From the NCBI RefSeq assembly GCF_009914755.1, contig NC_060931.1: 64,000 bases of DNA; one strand, given 5' to 3'. Below are positions 1 to 13,769 of this stretch, piece by piece. The translations under genes and the position numbers were made by a program. The notes beneath the pieces were generated by a model. It was not told the origin of the DNA. It searched no databases and saw only the letters and a list, made by a program, of their open reading frames with translations. The stretch is from the human T2T-CHM13v2.0 reference genome, Homo sapiens. Within the stretch, counting starts at the first letter, position 1, and every line of letters starts with the position of its first letter.

Positions 1-559
1 CACATGCTGTAGACTATGGAGGAATCTGAAATAGATACTAAAAAGAGTCAAATACTGCTAATGAAAAAGTATTGTCACCAAGTGTGTAAGGATGATGCCT
101 GGCAGAGTCTTGGACTATATTTATAAAGAAACCATTTGAAGAGTCTGTCAGTTGTGCCACAACAGGTCCCCAAAACAACAGGAAAATTAGTTATCTCCAG
201 CTCCACTTTCCAGTGCTTGTTTATAAGAAATTTATGGTAGCAGAAAATAATTGGAAATAACTGACCACATATTTTCAGTTCATTCACTTGGCATTTGTAC
301 CTATAAAGTAAAAATAATTTAAAATTGCTAAATCATTATTTTATCTAAAAAGTTTATTAAAGGAAATCTGTTTCAATATACGGTCAAATATGTCAAAAGA
401 CTGTCAAATTTATTTGTCCAACATGCATTAAGACCTGTGTTGTTCTTGGCACTGGTCTCAGACCTAGGGTTAAATAAAAATAAGAAATTATCTCTTCTTC
501 AGAAACTTACAAGCTACTATGACTTTATGAAATATAATTCTATATTAAAGAATTTATCT

Positions 560-806
560 AGCCGGGCGTTGTGGCTCATGCCTGTAATCCCAGCACTTTG
601 GGAGGCTGAGGCGGGCGGATCACGAGGTCAGGAGTTCAAGACCATCCTGGCTAACATGGTGAAGCCTCATTTCTACTAAAACTACAAAAAATTAGCCGGG
701 AGTGGTGGCGGGTGCCTGTAATCCCAGCTACTTGGGAGGCAAAGCAGGAGAATCGCTTGAACCCGGGATTGCGCCATTGCACTCCAGCCTGGGTGACAGA
801 GCAAGA
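560..806 (+). mobile_element. Alu SINE (AluS/Y-type) with 24-bp internal deletion and no poly(A) tail
   Basis: Starts (A)GCCGGGCGTTGTGGCTCATGCCTGTAATCC and ends GACAGAGCAAGA. The 12-bp direct repeat AAGAATTTATCT lies at 548-559 and 803-814. Confidence 0.95.
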
Positions 807-1689
807 ATTTATCTTCTAATTAATTTAGCAAACATTTTAAAAGAATAGTATTTTAGCTTCTTTCTGTTTTTCTCTCCACAAGCAATCACATTTCTCTTGG
901 CACTTACTCACACCGTATGTTGAGAAGATGACTGGATAAGAAAGTGAGTCATTTAAACAAACAAAGCTTCAGTTGTAAGTCACAGATGTCAAATCAAGAA
1001 GGTAATTCTGAGAAAAGTTGAAGGCTAAAGAAGAACTAACAGAAGAATTCAGTTTTCCTGATTTTCCTATTATTTGGGATATGGCCTAGGTCATGAAAAT
1101 AAATCCAGGGTTGGCAAGGCAACAAATAAAAGCACATTTTTTTGGGTAACATTAGAGTCAAAAGTAAAATAAGAATTTGTAAATAGCAACTTAGATGATC
1201 TGAGTTACCCCAGCTGGTATGTGGGAATAACCATATACATGCACAAATGTGGCATTCTCTGAATATTATGAGGGCATGTATATTTTTGAAGACATATCTG
1301 TTATCCGTATTACTAAAATTTGCCTGTTAGACTCCAATTACAATTGTCGGCTGCCGCTTCACCAACAGCTCAAATAGATGAGAGCTACACAAAACATGCT
1401 ACTTACTTAACCACAATTTACCTGTCTTGCCTTGTCTTATTGGTGTTGTCTTTTTAAATAAAAATAGAGCAATACTTACAGGTAACATGCCAACATTTTC
1501 ACTCGATATAACTCTTCTGTGGTGATGAAAATTTAATATAGGTATGATTATTTTAATGCTTTGTTCACACATATGACGTGGGATCAATTATTATATAGAC
1601 GTTTACCTATGGTTTAGAATAGTTCTATCAGATAAAACCAAATACAGAAGGAACAATTTGGGAATAAATGAGATCATTGTCATCGGACA

Positions 1690-2205
1690 CATTCAATGTT
1701 GTGGCCATGTATTCTCTTTCCCCCACTTTTCCTCACAAGTCTGGATTTATCATGAGGAATCCGTATAGTTCTAGAAAAGCTGACTTAAATCCTGTTCTGA
1801 GAGTAGGAGCACATGATCAAGGCTACATCAGTAGGTGATTCAGCCCCTGGGCCACATTCAGTGGTTCTTGAGTGAGCATGTGATTTAAGGTAGCATATCC
1901 TAGCAAAGTTGGGCCTTTGCTTGGGTTGTCAGGACAGAGTTCTTCCTGTAAGTGAAGAAGGTGGCATGTGACCCTGGGGGCTGTTGGCTCTTTTCTAACC
2001 ATGAGAGGGGTTGCCTTTAGGAGGATTTAACATCATGAAGGACCCAATAGAGACATGGATAGAAGGTAGACCATAATGGCCTTTTTTGCCATTCAATTAA
2101 GACTTCCTTGAAATTGATTCTACTTCTGAACTTTAGCATCGCGAACCAATAAATTACTTTTATTATTTAAGTTAATTTTAAGTTGAGTTTCTCTTAGATG
2201 CACTT
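1690..2205 (+). mobile_element. Old MaLR LTR (MLT1J/K-like)
   Basis: 3' end GAACCAATAAATTACTTT...GTTGAGTTTCTCTTAGATGCA resembles MLT1 LTR termini. Boundaries approximate. Confidence 0.6.
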
Positions 2206-4659
2206 AAAAAGCTCTTTAATGGATACATTCAAACATATGCTGAGTAATATCATTAAAGACATGATAGCAAAGGGATTCAGACTGTAGACTAGTAGTTGAA
2301 CTGGATGATCTTTAAGAATACTTTCAACCTTGCAATTTTAATATGAGATGAATCCAGATTTCTGTACTCCATTACCGCCTCATGGGCCTAAAAATATTAA
2401 TAAGATCTTCTAAAGCCCTATATTTGCTATAAACAATGTGTATTTCAGTACACAAACGTTAGGACTATACAGTTCTCAGCTTAGTTTCATTATTGTGAAA
2501 TGGTTACATTTTATTGTTCCCATTAATCTAAAATGGTCCTTGAATAATTCTAATTAGAACACATTTTTCTGAGCATGATTATTTTCTAAAACAGTCAGTG
2601 TCTAGAGCAGAAGAGCAAGATTTGGCAGAGACCTAACGTGAGATGTAGGCAACACAGGGCTTAGCCAAGTTTTTGCCTTTATATGTTGCTCCTTCTTATT
2701 TGTTGAAAAAGAAGGCTGGATATATCATTTTTGATCTAAGTACTAAATATCTCTGCTAAACAGGAACACATCTTTCTCTCTGGAATGAAATTTTGGATTG
2801 AAGTTTATTGTAATCCAACCATCTTCAAATAGTGTCCTACATTGAAATTGATATAAAATATGGGAAGTCTGAATGCACCTGGGAATCTTACAGAATAAAG
2901 TAATACATGAAGACCACCTCCAGGATTGACTAAAGTCACATCTCTGTGGTGTCACGAGCCAAATTGACTACTTTCTCTATGAAAAAAAGGATTCATCTAG
3001 ATCCTGGAGATAACCAGAATACAGAGCACAGTGGTGCCTTCTTAGTCTGTTGCCATCTAATAGGAGGTTGGATTATTCCTGGCATTTAAAAGAAAAAGTC
3101 TAATTCCAGGAGTGGGTCATCACCTGAGCTTGTCTGGATGATTTCCAGAGCAGGATACTTGTCTTACAAAGAATGCCTGTTATCTTCTTCCTGGAAAAAG
3201 TGTTTTGGAGCTTCACATACTTGGCTAATGCACCTCCATTCCCTTTGAGCATATGTACTTTTCTTCTGTGGATGGTGGCATTTTTCCCTCATTAATTGTA
3301 TGTTTGTTTTCAGTCTTCCAGAGCAAAAGGAATTACCTAAAAACATATTCAGTATTTACATGTATTTCAGTAAGGTCTTTAGTGCTTTTTAAAATATTTT
3401 AAACCTCTTTTAGAAATAGAATATTTTGTCTAGTTTTTGCGCTTCATCAATGTGAGTCTGGAGGAGTAAGGGCTGGATTTGGGGAGATGAGTTAATAAAC
3501 TTCATAGTGCCACTGATGCCAGGCCTGGATTCTCAAAAGTAGAGTTTCATGTAGTTCTCAAGAGTGTAAGTTATTCTACTCTGACAACCCCCAAAATCAT
3601 TTTAAATAGTTTCTCAACACCTCTTTTATTTAGTACTTTATTCATTTTCTATAAATAGTTTAAAGACATTAGTAGCATTTACTGTTGTTATTTTATGTTG
3701 TTTTATATACACATTGAGAGAACAGAATGGGACCATATTTTAGGTTAAAATTCAGTCTGCAGGCAAAGGCTTCTACTTCTGTATGAAATACACTGGAAAA
3801 TTTAATCTGAGGAAATTGCTTATGTCAGCAGCTGTCACAAAATGTGTGGCCTGCTTTGGAATCTGGAGTAGCTGACATACTGAAATACTATTTCTTTTTT
3901 ATGAGGAAATAAGAATATCAGTGGAATCTGTTTTCTTTGAAGTGCTTCAGCCATTTTATTTCTAATTTCAGATGTCAGCAGCCTGTTTGGGATGACTAAA
4001 TGAGGCAGAGAATATTCCAGTGAGCCCTTAATATCTGAGGTATTCCCCAGATATTTTTTAAGCATAGCTGGGTGGGGAACATCCATTCATTATGCCAGAT
4101 GCCATAATGTTCAGAGGGAAAACATGCTCCAGGCTTCTGTGAAGGTTACATAGGTTTTCCACAAAATGATTTATTGATGGTTTCCTGGAAGGAACATGGA
4201 CTCTTCACTCCATCACCTGACACTCCACACCATTTTCCCCAAGCTACACCCTATGCAAGACTAGCCCTTCTCAGTTTTCCCAATGTGTCATTTTCTCCCA
4301 TTCCTCAAATAGCTTAGGAATCTTCATTTCTGGAAGAAGGCTTTCCTGATTAAAAATTGTTAACTATGCAAGGGATGTTTTCCTACAAATGCAGAGGCCT
4401 AGACTTCCAAAGTGTACCTGTAATTTTGTTTTTACATAATAGATCGTTTTAATTTATATATCTCTTTAAATTATTGACCATGTATGTACACTTTGCATAG
4501 CTGGTCATCTTGTGTGTCTTCTGAATTAAAAAATAACAGTGCAATGAGATGGACCTTGGGATGGAAATTAGAGGATAACCTAGCTTTTGATCCACTTTAT
4601 GTCCTAAGCTCACAGCAGAGTGGCCAACAGTAGGCTGTGTTTTGGCAGCTCTAGAAGAG

Positions 4660-4860
4660 TCTGATATTGTAACTGCTAAGAATACAGGCTTATTAATACC
4701 ATATACAAGAATTTTAGTGACTTCAGGTATGTTTCTTACACATCACGCCACTTTACTGATCTGTAAAAAGTACGGTATGGTGCCTTCTTCAGAGGATTTT
4801 TGTGATGTTAAATGGAAACAATGCACATAAAGTACTTAGCATAATGTTGACTATTATTAA
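4660..4860 (+). mobile_element. MIR SINE fragment
   Basis: ATCTGTAAAA...TGTGATGTTAAATGG...AAAGTACTTAGCATAATG matches the MIR core and 3' end. Confidence 0.7.
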
Positions 4861-4974
4861 TACGGTTATCCAACCTCGAGTCAGTGAAAAAATCTCCTCA
4901 AACTACGTCACAGTCATCAGTATAAGAAAGTAAATGTCACGAGGTTGCAGGAAAGATTAAAAAAAACAATGACA

Positions 4975-5259
4975 GGCCGGGCGCGGTGGCTCATGCCTGT
5001 AATCCAGCACTTTGGGAGGCCGAGGCAGGCAGATCACAAGGTCAAGAGATCGAGACCATCCTGGCCAACATGGTGAAACCCCCTTGTCTATTAAAAATAC
5101 AAAAATTAGCTGGGCGTGGTGGCATGCGCCTGTAGTCCCAGCTACTTCGGAGGCTGAGGCAGGAGAATCACTTTAACCTAGAAGGCAGAGGTTGCAGTGA
5201 GCAGAGATCACGCCACTGCACTCCAGCCTGGCAACAGAGTGAGACTCCATCTCAAAAAA

Positions 5260-5294
<35 letters not shown>
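4975..5294 (+). mobile_element. AluSc with (TAAA)n tail
   Basis: AluSc-type motifs GGTCAAGAGATCGAGACCATCCTGGCC and CCTGGCAACAGAG; TSD core CAATGACA at 4967-4974 and 5296-5303. Confidence 0.93.
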
Positions 5295-5363
5295 GCAATG
5301 ACATGAACAAGAGTCACTTTTCTTCGAAAAAAACTAAAAAAAAAAAAAAGAAAATGTTGGAAT

Positions 5364-5668
5364 AGCCCGGGCTATTGGTAGTTCACGCCTGTAATTCTAG
5401 CACTTCGGGAGGCTCAGGTAGGTAGATCCTTTGGGCCCAGGAGTTCAAGACCAGCCTGGCCAACATGGCAAAACTCCGTCTCTACAAAAAATACAAAAAT
5501 TAACCAGGAGTGTTGGCGGGTGCCTGTAGTCCCAGCTACTTGCAGGGGCTGAGGCATAAGAATCACTTGAACCTGGGAGGTTGAAGCTGCAGTGAGCTGA
5601 GATCATGCCACTGCACTTCATCCTGGGTGACAGAAGGAGACCATCTGAGAAAAAAAGAAAAAAAAGAA
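5364..5668 (+). mobile_element. AluJ
   Basis: Diverged Alu with J-type GGGCCCAGGAGTTCAAG and GTTGAAGCTGCAGTGAGC; degenerate TSD AAGAAAATGT/AAGAAGATGT. Confidence 0.9.
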
Positions 5669-7959
5669 GATGTGCGGAGTAGATGTACATATGTGCACCC
5701 ATATGATATCTGTGATTACTGTGTGATAAATCAATATTTTTAAAGCATGATGATCCTTATGAAAATACTTTGTAAAATATAAAATGATACATAAGTAATC
5801 AGCGTTGTTTTTATTATTTTCACATTCACCATTACCATTCCCAACAAAAAGAACCCCATGACATGGGGTAAGAAGATCAGGTACAATAAAAGGCAGAATC
5901 CATAGAGGGAGAGTTTCAAAAAATAAAATAAAAGCAGTTATTTAATATTATCCGAGACATTAAGTAATCTGAGAACAAAAACGTTGATTTCATTATGAAA
6001 ATATTTGTTCATTTTTATGAGACTTTTGAATAGACTCTATAAGATAAAGTATTCTTAGATATCATGAGTAAAATGAGACATGAGAAATTGTTTCAAATGG
6101 TAAAATAGTATTGAAAAGTGAGATGGCAAAAAAAAAAAAGAGGGAAAACATAAAAATCTGTGAAAATAATTCCTCCAAGCTTTATTATTTTAGAAAGAAT
6201 AAAGGGATGTATTTTTTTGTTCCCCACAAGTATTCCTGATCATGTGTCATCTATGTTCGAAAACAGGGCAAGAAAGGTGAGATGGAAATGAGAATAATAA
6301 GTGATGTGAAAGAAAGGTACTGTCCTTAGGGTGCCTACACATAAAAATCTGAGAATTAAGAAAAACTTTTTTCTTTAAAAGGGTAAAAAAACAAGTGGGT
6401 GTTGGGAAGAAGAAAGAAAGAAGGAAAAAAGGTGAGTATCAGGGAGGAAGAAGGAAAGTTAGAAGGAAGAATGGAATCAAACCTTACAGTGTTGAGTAAA
6501 AAACCAATCTGATAAAGCTAACATAGGAGTTTGAAAGGGAAAAGGATAGGCTGTTTCCTTTATAAAATGAAATGGGAAATGGATGAAGCAAATGTTCATA
6601 TAAGCAATGTCAGCATTCCATTTGCCTTCTCAGACTCAAAATTCCCGTTGCAGTATAAAAATCTCTAAATATATTTTACTGTCTACATGCAAGAACATTG
6701 GTTAGTTTCACACTTTATCTGAGAAAGATGCATATCTTTCATGACATCAGTTAATTTGCAGTTGAACATTTTAATTCGATAATCATTTCTTAAAGTTGTT
6801 CTGCACCAAACACTGTTCAAGACAGTCATACACTGACTGATAAGAAATAGAACAGAAGATTGACAGAATCTGCCTGGTCTTGTGCAGCCCAAGTGCCTAG
6901 AGGGAGGGCCAGGGTGTGGACTACTGATTTCATGATGGGAAGGGGGTGATAAACGCCATCACAGCAGCACTAGCTGGAGTAATAAAAGCACAGTGTAGAA
7001 TGAGGGTAATTCTGCCTGCTCATGAGTTTTTCGCACAGGCTCCTTGCGAAACTACACCAAACTCATTTTTCTTCTAGGACAGAATTTCAATCAACTGGAG
7101 CTGAGAGTTTATCTTTGGTTCAGAATGCATTTCTCCCCGCCTCCTTTTTTTTTTTTTTTTTCCCCAAAATAGAGGTGCTCTGATGCTAAAGACTGTTTTT
7201 CATACAGAAGTCCCATATCCCCAGCTTTTAGCCTTGAATTAAGAAACACTTGTAAAGATGATCGGTTTGAAGCAAAATGAAATCTAAGTATTCAACCACT
7301 CATTCTTCAGTTATTTCCACTTGCATTGATTGAACTGATTAAGATTGCCCCCGTCATTGCACGTAAGTGAAGGTAGTGCAGAGATTTCCCAGCGTTTTCT
7401 TTTTTTCTTTTTAATTGTAATAAATATCACTTATTCTTATTACTATAGTATTACCATTTTTCACAGTTTATCAACCTGGAGGTCACCCTGACTGTTTAAA
7501 TCCAGAGTGTCATCAAATTAATGAATTCCATGGTAATTCACAAAATGATAGCGCATCTCACTCCCAAAGATGTCTTGTATTTGATGACATAGGTATTTTT
7601 AATCCTCCATCCGGAGAAATGGGATCTGAAAGGCCAGGACCCCCCAACTAAAGAATTCTGAGGAAGAGAGGGCTGGGGCCAGAGAAGGGTTCCCTGCAGA
7701 GGCTTAGAGAAGTGCCACAGCAGTCTCAGGCCCCACAATTCTGGGAAGGACTCTATAATCTTGTTCTGTGCTGATCTAGCCTGGCCTGGGTTTGTTGCTT
7801 GCTATGACCCTCAAAGCCTGAATCACCCCAAAGCAGATGAGCCAGCATCCTTAATGAGATTTATGGGGACTCCAGGGCACTTGAGGTGTGAGTCTCAGTC
7901 CACCTGTAGTGTGGACCTGGGCAGGTAGCTTGATCTCTGCCAGCCTCAGTGGGCTGACC

Positions 7960-9120
7960 CGTAGCTTAGCTCTCATTTATAAGCGAGAATAAGTAGTAGT
8001 TGATTTTCCATTCCTGAGTTGTTTCACTTAGAATAATGGCCTCCAGATCCATCCAAGTTCCTGAAAATATATTATTTTATTCTCTTTTATGGCTGAGTAA
8101 TATTCCATGGTGTAGATATACTACATTTTCTTTATCCACTCACTCATTGATCAGTGGGCACTGAGGTGGTTTTTGTATCTTTGCCATTGTGAATTGTGCT
8201 GCCATAAACATACACGTGCAGGTGTCTTTTTGATATAATGACTTATTTTCCTTTGGATAGATACCCAGAAGTGGGATTGCTGGATCGAATGGTATATTAA
8301 CTTTTAGTTCTTTAAGAAATCTCCATAATGTTTTCCATAGAGGTTGTAATAATATACATTCTCACCTGCAGTGTATAAGCCTTCCATTTTCATGACATCC
8401 ATTCCAACATCTGTTGTTTTTGACTTTTAAATAATAGCTATTCTGGCTTGGGTAAGGTTTCACTGTGGTTTAATTTGCATTTCTCTAATGATTAGTGATG
8501 CTGAGCATATTTTTTGTGTGTTTATTGGCCGTTCATGTATCTTCTTCCAAGAAATGTCAATTCATGTCATTTGCCCACTTTTTGATAAGATTATTTTTTT
8601 TTTCTTGCTGATTTGTTTGAGTTCCTTCTAGACTCTGGATACTAGTTGTCAGAGGCATAGTTTGCAAATATTTTTTCCCATTCCGTGAATTGTCTGTTTA
8701 CTCTGCTGATTATTATTTTGCTGTGCAGAAGCTTTTTAGTTTAATTAGGTCCCATTTATTTATTTATATTTTGGTTGCATTTGCTTTTGGGGTCTTAGTC
8801 CTTAGTTCATTGCCTAAGCCAATGTCTGGAAGAGTTTTTCCTAAATTTTCTTCTAGAATTTTTATGGCTTCAAGTCATATATTTAAGTCTTAATCCACCT
8901 TAAGTTGATTTTTTATATGAGGTTAGAGATAGGGATCCAGTTTTATTCTTCTACATGTAGCTATCCAGTTTCCCCAGAATGATTTATTGAATAAGGTGTC
9001 CTTTTCCCAGTTTATATTGTTGTATGTTTTGTGAAAGATCAGTTTGTTTTAAGTATTTGCCTTTATTTCTGTACCACTGGTATATGTATCTACTTTTGTA
9101 CCAGTATTCCTCCTGTTTGG
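7960..9120 (-). mobile_element. L1 (L1PB/L1MA-type) 3' fragment, ORF2 end and part of 3'UTR
   Basis: GTAGCTTAGCTCTCATTTATAAGCGAGAA, TGGGATTGCTGGATCGAATGG and GCTGTGCAGAAGCTTTTTAGTTTAATTAGGTCCC are reverse-strand L1 3' motifs. Confidence 0.9.
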
Positions 9121-9343
9121 TGTATGTACTCAAGGAAAAGCATTTTTTTGGTTCATTCAAAAATAGGGCACAATTTATATTTTCTATATGATATTCTCTG
9201 CTTAGAATTCGCAGTGACCAGCAAATAGAGTGTATTTGCCTCAAGCAATATTGTAGACATAGCACTCTTACATATTTATTGTGCTTTGGGTGAATAGTCA
9301 TTACACAGGGAGAATGTCAAAGAAATCATTATATAAAACATGG

Positions 9344-9725
<382 letters not shown>

Positions 9726-11939
9726 TTATTGTGTGTATGTCTATTTATACATCTATACATTTGCCTACATTTATATAAACTGTGGTGCAGAATGTAGAAT
9801 ACGAAATCCATGTTCACATGAAAACTGTAAAATAACAAATTTCAAGCTTTGTAATAGTTCGCTTCAGCATGGACCATTCACTGCCATGTGGTGTATTTAA
9901 TCTCCTCTACAGAACTTCAGAATGCTCCACTGTGATAAAAATTTTTGAGAAAAATTGTACAGCCCAATGCTTGATCCTGCCACTTTAGAGAGAGTTTTGC
10001 CTCCACGCTTCACATTTTCTCTAACTTTTCTGACATCTTCTGTATTTAGAGAAAGGAGATGAGATGTGGAGAGAGAAAACAACAGTGAGAAAATTAAAGT
10101 TGTTGGCTGCGATCCTGTCTTATGTTTTGAGAATCTGACACCAAAGAAACCTGAGAACATAGTTAAAAAGAAAATTAAACAAAATTAATTAACAAGTATT
10201 CACCAACCAAAACCTCTGCTATGTTATTATGGATTAAAAATGAGCGCTTTTCCAAGAAAAAAAATCCATTCTCATAGAATTGGCAAGAAATATTTTATAT
10301 GTAGGAAAGATCGAAAAAGTGATTACTATTCCCCATATTAAGGAATTTCCTTAGGACCAACATCTTCTTCTAAGTGACTTATTAAAAGGGAAAGCTTTTC
10401 TAGTTGAAAAAAAGTTTCTGGATTTCAAATTCCATGCACTATGCCTTGCAGAATAATGGGGAACCAGACAGACACTGTAAGCAGAAAACAAATGAAAGAA
10501 TCACAGATAAGGGACAGGAAAGCCCACAATTCTTGGAGTAAGCAGTTTATATATTTTTACTTCAGAGAAAAGGGCAAGGGAGCCTATTAATAAAATTCTG
10601 ACATATTGGTAATGTCGGTTACCAGCTAAAATAATGGTTTTATGTAATTATGTGGTTTTAGTTATCTATTTTTAAAAAGAAAACTTGCATTCATAACATA
10701 TGTGGTAATGAAGAAATTATGGAGATAAAGCCATTTCCATGTTGCTTACTGTATTCAAACCCAGAGAAGCACAGTGTGATAATCAGTTAATTTATAATTT
10801 TATTAAACATCTAAAAACTCTATTTGAATTGTTGAAAATTTATTTTGAAACAACACAGTTCTCAAGAGTTTCTCAAGGTATTTGTTTTGATATTAGCCTT
10901 CGTTTGGCTAAACTGAAAAAGCCAAATAAAAACACTAAAGGCAAATTAATATGCATTATTGTCACACTGAAATATCATATGTACCAATTAGTTTATATTT
11001 ATTCACTACTAGGTAAAAAAGACCAGTGCAGTTAATCTATTAATGACACTATTTTAATTCTATAGGTATAGATAAACACTTTAGGATCTTCTGATCTAAA
11101 AGTATTTTGAAATCATATCAGAGTGTGCTTGTTACTTGAGGTTTCTGAAACAATTGAATTGAACGTGGATATTTTAGCTTTTAAAATCACAGATTTGCAA
11201 AGCATGCTATTTATAGGATTCCTAAATAAATAGGACAAGATGCAGAGCAAAATGCTTAACCATAATTTTAGGTGCAGCTAACAAAGGAAAGGAAAAGTAC
11301 TTAGAGAGGAGAGAAAACCTTCCCATTATAGTTCATGGAAAGATTATTTGCTTATCATTGTCCCACATGCCTAGCTTTAGCCTTGTGATCTGCCCAAGGC
11401 AGCTAATCACTTTCACTCTAGTAAGCTGGCGGCAGGCTGGCCTTAGAGGAGTTTGTTCTAAGACCTTCCCCCTCAGAGAAACCAGAGAGAGAGAGAAAAA
11501 AAAGCACATCATTTAATAATTAAGAACCCAATGAACATGCCAACGTGAATTTCTATCACATTGCCTTTTTTCTTTATCCATTGATTCATTCATGCAACAT
11601 ATAATACTAATGGCTACTAATATTAATGTTAGGTAATGTCCTTTTTTTTTGGAGGAGAGGAAGATCTGAGGCAGACGGATCATTTAGAAAGCTGTTTTTG
11701 TGCTATGTTTGGGTCTGCAGATACAGGGGCAATTGTTGAAATACTATTGTAAGGCAGAAACTGTAAAAATGTGATGATGAAATTTCTGTTCTGGATTCAT
11801 TGATGGTAGTCACTGGAATAGCATCAGGTAGAAACATGCCTGGTAACAAAGCTCAGGAGAAAGAGTAGGCATGGAGAGAAAGTTTAAAATTGTCTATCAT
11901 CTTTAATATTAATATTTATATGAGTAATATTTAATATAC

Positions 11940-12150
11940 TATTTATATTTAATGTTTATGGAGCTTTTACTATGTTGTAAGCTTATGATAAGCACTTTAC
12001 ATGAATTCTCTCACTTAAACCTTGCAAGAGGTCTATGAGTTACTTACTGTTCTCATCCTTCTTTTATAAATGTGATCTTCCAGCTAGCAGAGAGATTCTA
12101 AACCAGGTCTGACTTTCCAATTTCAACATCTGTGTTTGAATCTCAAATGT
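11940..12150 (-). mobile_element. MIR fragment
   Basis: TTTATGGAGCTTTTACTATG...AGCACTTTACATGAATTCTCTCACTTAAACCT...CATCCTTCTTTTATAAATG is reverse-strand MIR. Confidence 0.7.
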
Positions 12151-12869
12151 TATATGGTACCCTGCCTTTGCATTGTCAGTGTCCAACATCCATATCTACT
12201 TAGTGAATGACTGATTACATATTAACATTTGTGCAGCAGGACAGCCTGAAAGTGCAAACAGCATGTCTAAAGAAAGAAAAGCATAGGGAGCCAAAGGATT
12301 TTAATTGTTGAAAAAAAAATTCAATTGAAAACATTTTAATTGTTGAAAAAACTCTGAAATTATAAAGATTAATTGAGAAGTTTTTAAAAATGACTAAGCA
12401 TAGTAATAAAAGGTTTAGAATGATTCAGTAGTTTCTGGGGCTATAGGGGAGGGCGAGAGAGAGAGATGCCATAAATTTTAGGAAAGTTTCTATTTCTGGC
12501 CTGAACTGTATACATTTGTACAGGTAGGATAATTCAGTAGGTTTGGAATTTATTTCATGTTTCCATGGGTAAATTGTTCTCATTTGAGGAACATCAAGGT
12601 ATTTGTAGCTGATTTTTTTGTGGGTACCAACGGTAATTTCTACTCACAGTTAATGTTGTTGAACATCCACTCTGCAAGATCGTATAGCACATTCTGTGGA
12701 AGGTATAAAGTACATATATAAGACAGTTCTCTACTCAAGAAACTTTATCTGGGAGTTGGGGAGGCAGGATGGAAACATCATTACCTTCAAGACCTACCAT
12801 GATCTTGCCCCCCACTGTCCCAGTTCCCTCCCCACTTCCCTCACCTTGCCCCACCCACACTGACATCCA

Positions 12870-13305
12870 TAAGACATTGCACACACTTGCCTCTGAGGCT
12901 TTTTTTCTTGGCGGGGGAGGGGAGGTTGCATTTGCTCTTTCTCCTCTGGGGTTTCTCCTTTCAAGACATCATTCCCTCACTTCCCTCAGGGTTCTGCTCA
13001 AATATCAAGAAATTAGTAGGGGCTCCTTTGACTCCATAATATAAAATATGCAGATATACCTCATTCCACTTACCCTGTTTATTTTTCTCTATGACACTTA
13101 CAATAATCAATTTATACATACTTACACAACTTACGCATCTGATGTACTTATTTATTGTTTACCAGCTGTCTCTGGCCACTAGTCTGTGAGTTGTTTGAGG
13201 GGAAGAACATTGTCCATTTTGTTTGTGTCTGTATCCTCAGCAGCTAGAACAATGCCAGCCACGTGATAGGGACTTCATAAGTACTTACTAAGTGAACGAA
13301 GGAAG
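12870..13305 (+). mobile_element. L2 3' end
   Basis: CTGCTCAAATATCA...CTGTGAG...GAGGGGAAG...GCTAGAACAATGCCAGCCACGTGATAGG...AGTGAACGAA matches the L2 terminus. Confidence 0.8.
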
Positions 13306-13769
13306 GAACTTATTAATGAAGATACATATAACTGCACAAGAGCCAAATTGTTGATAAAGGTAATAATCACTGGGAAATTCATAGGAAATTCTTGGGTATA
13401 CACATTTCCCCAAATTTTACAGGGTGAAAACTACTCAAGGAGAGATACTCTGTCTCTTAAATATTATATCTATAAGGAGTGTTATGCCTGGAGGACTACT
13501 TAATATATTGCAAGTTTTGATACATATTTTTGGAGAAGTTATGTTTCCAAGAGGAGATGTATCTTTATCAGGAGTTTAAAAATTAGAATTTACACGAATG
13601 GCAAGTAGAAGAAATGAGATCAACCTCCCACATGCAGTTTTCATGACATGGTGTTGGAGGATGCTGGCAAGAGCTGAAACTTAAGGTAAAAAAGTAGACA
13701 CTTGGGAATTCGCAATACATAGTTTATGTGCTAATATTCCCAGAGTTTTGGGGATTTGTGGTTGTCATT

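Noticed and set aside
3049-3066. CTCF-like motif (minus strand CTATTAGATGGCA)
   Set aside because: Two mismatches in the conserved 5' core; not supportable without ChIP data.
6928-6975. Possible SECIS-like ATGA...AAA hairpin
   Set aside because: Lacks a properly placed 3' GA for the non-Watson-Crick quartet, and there is no upstream coding region.
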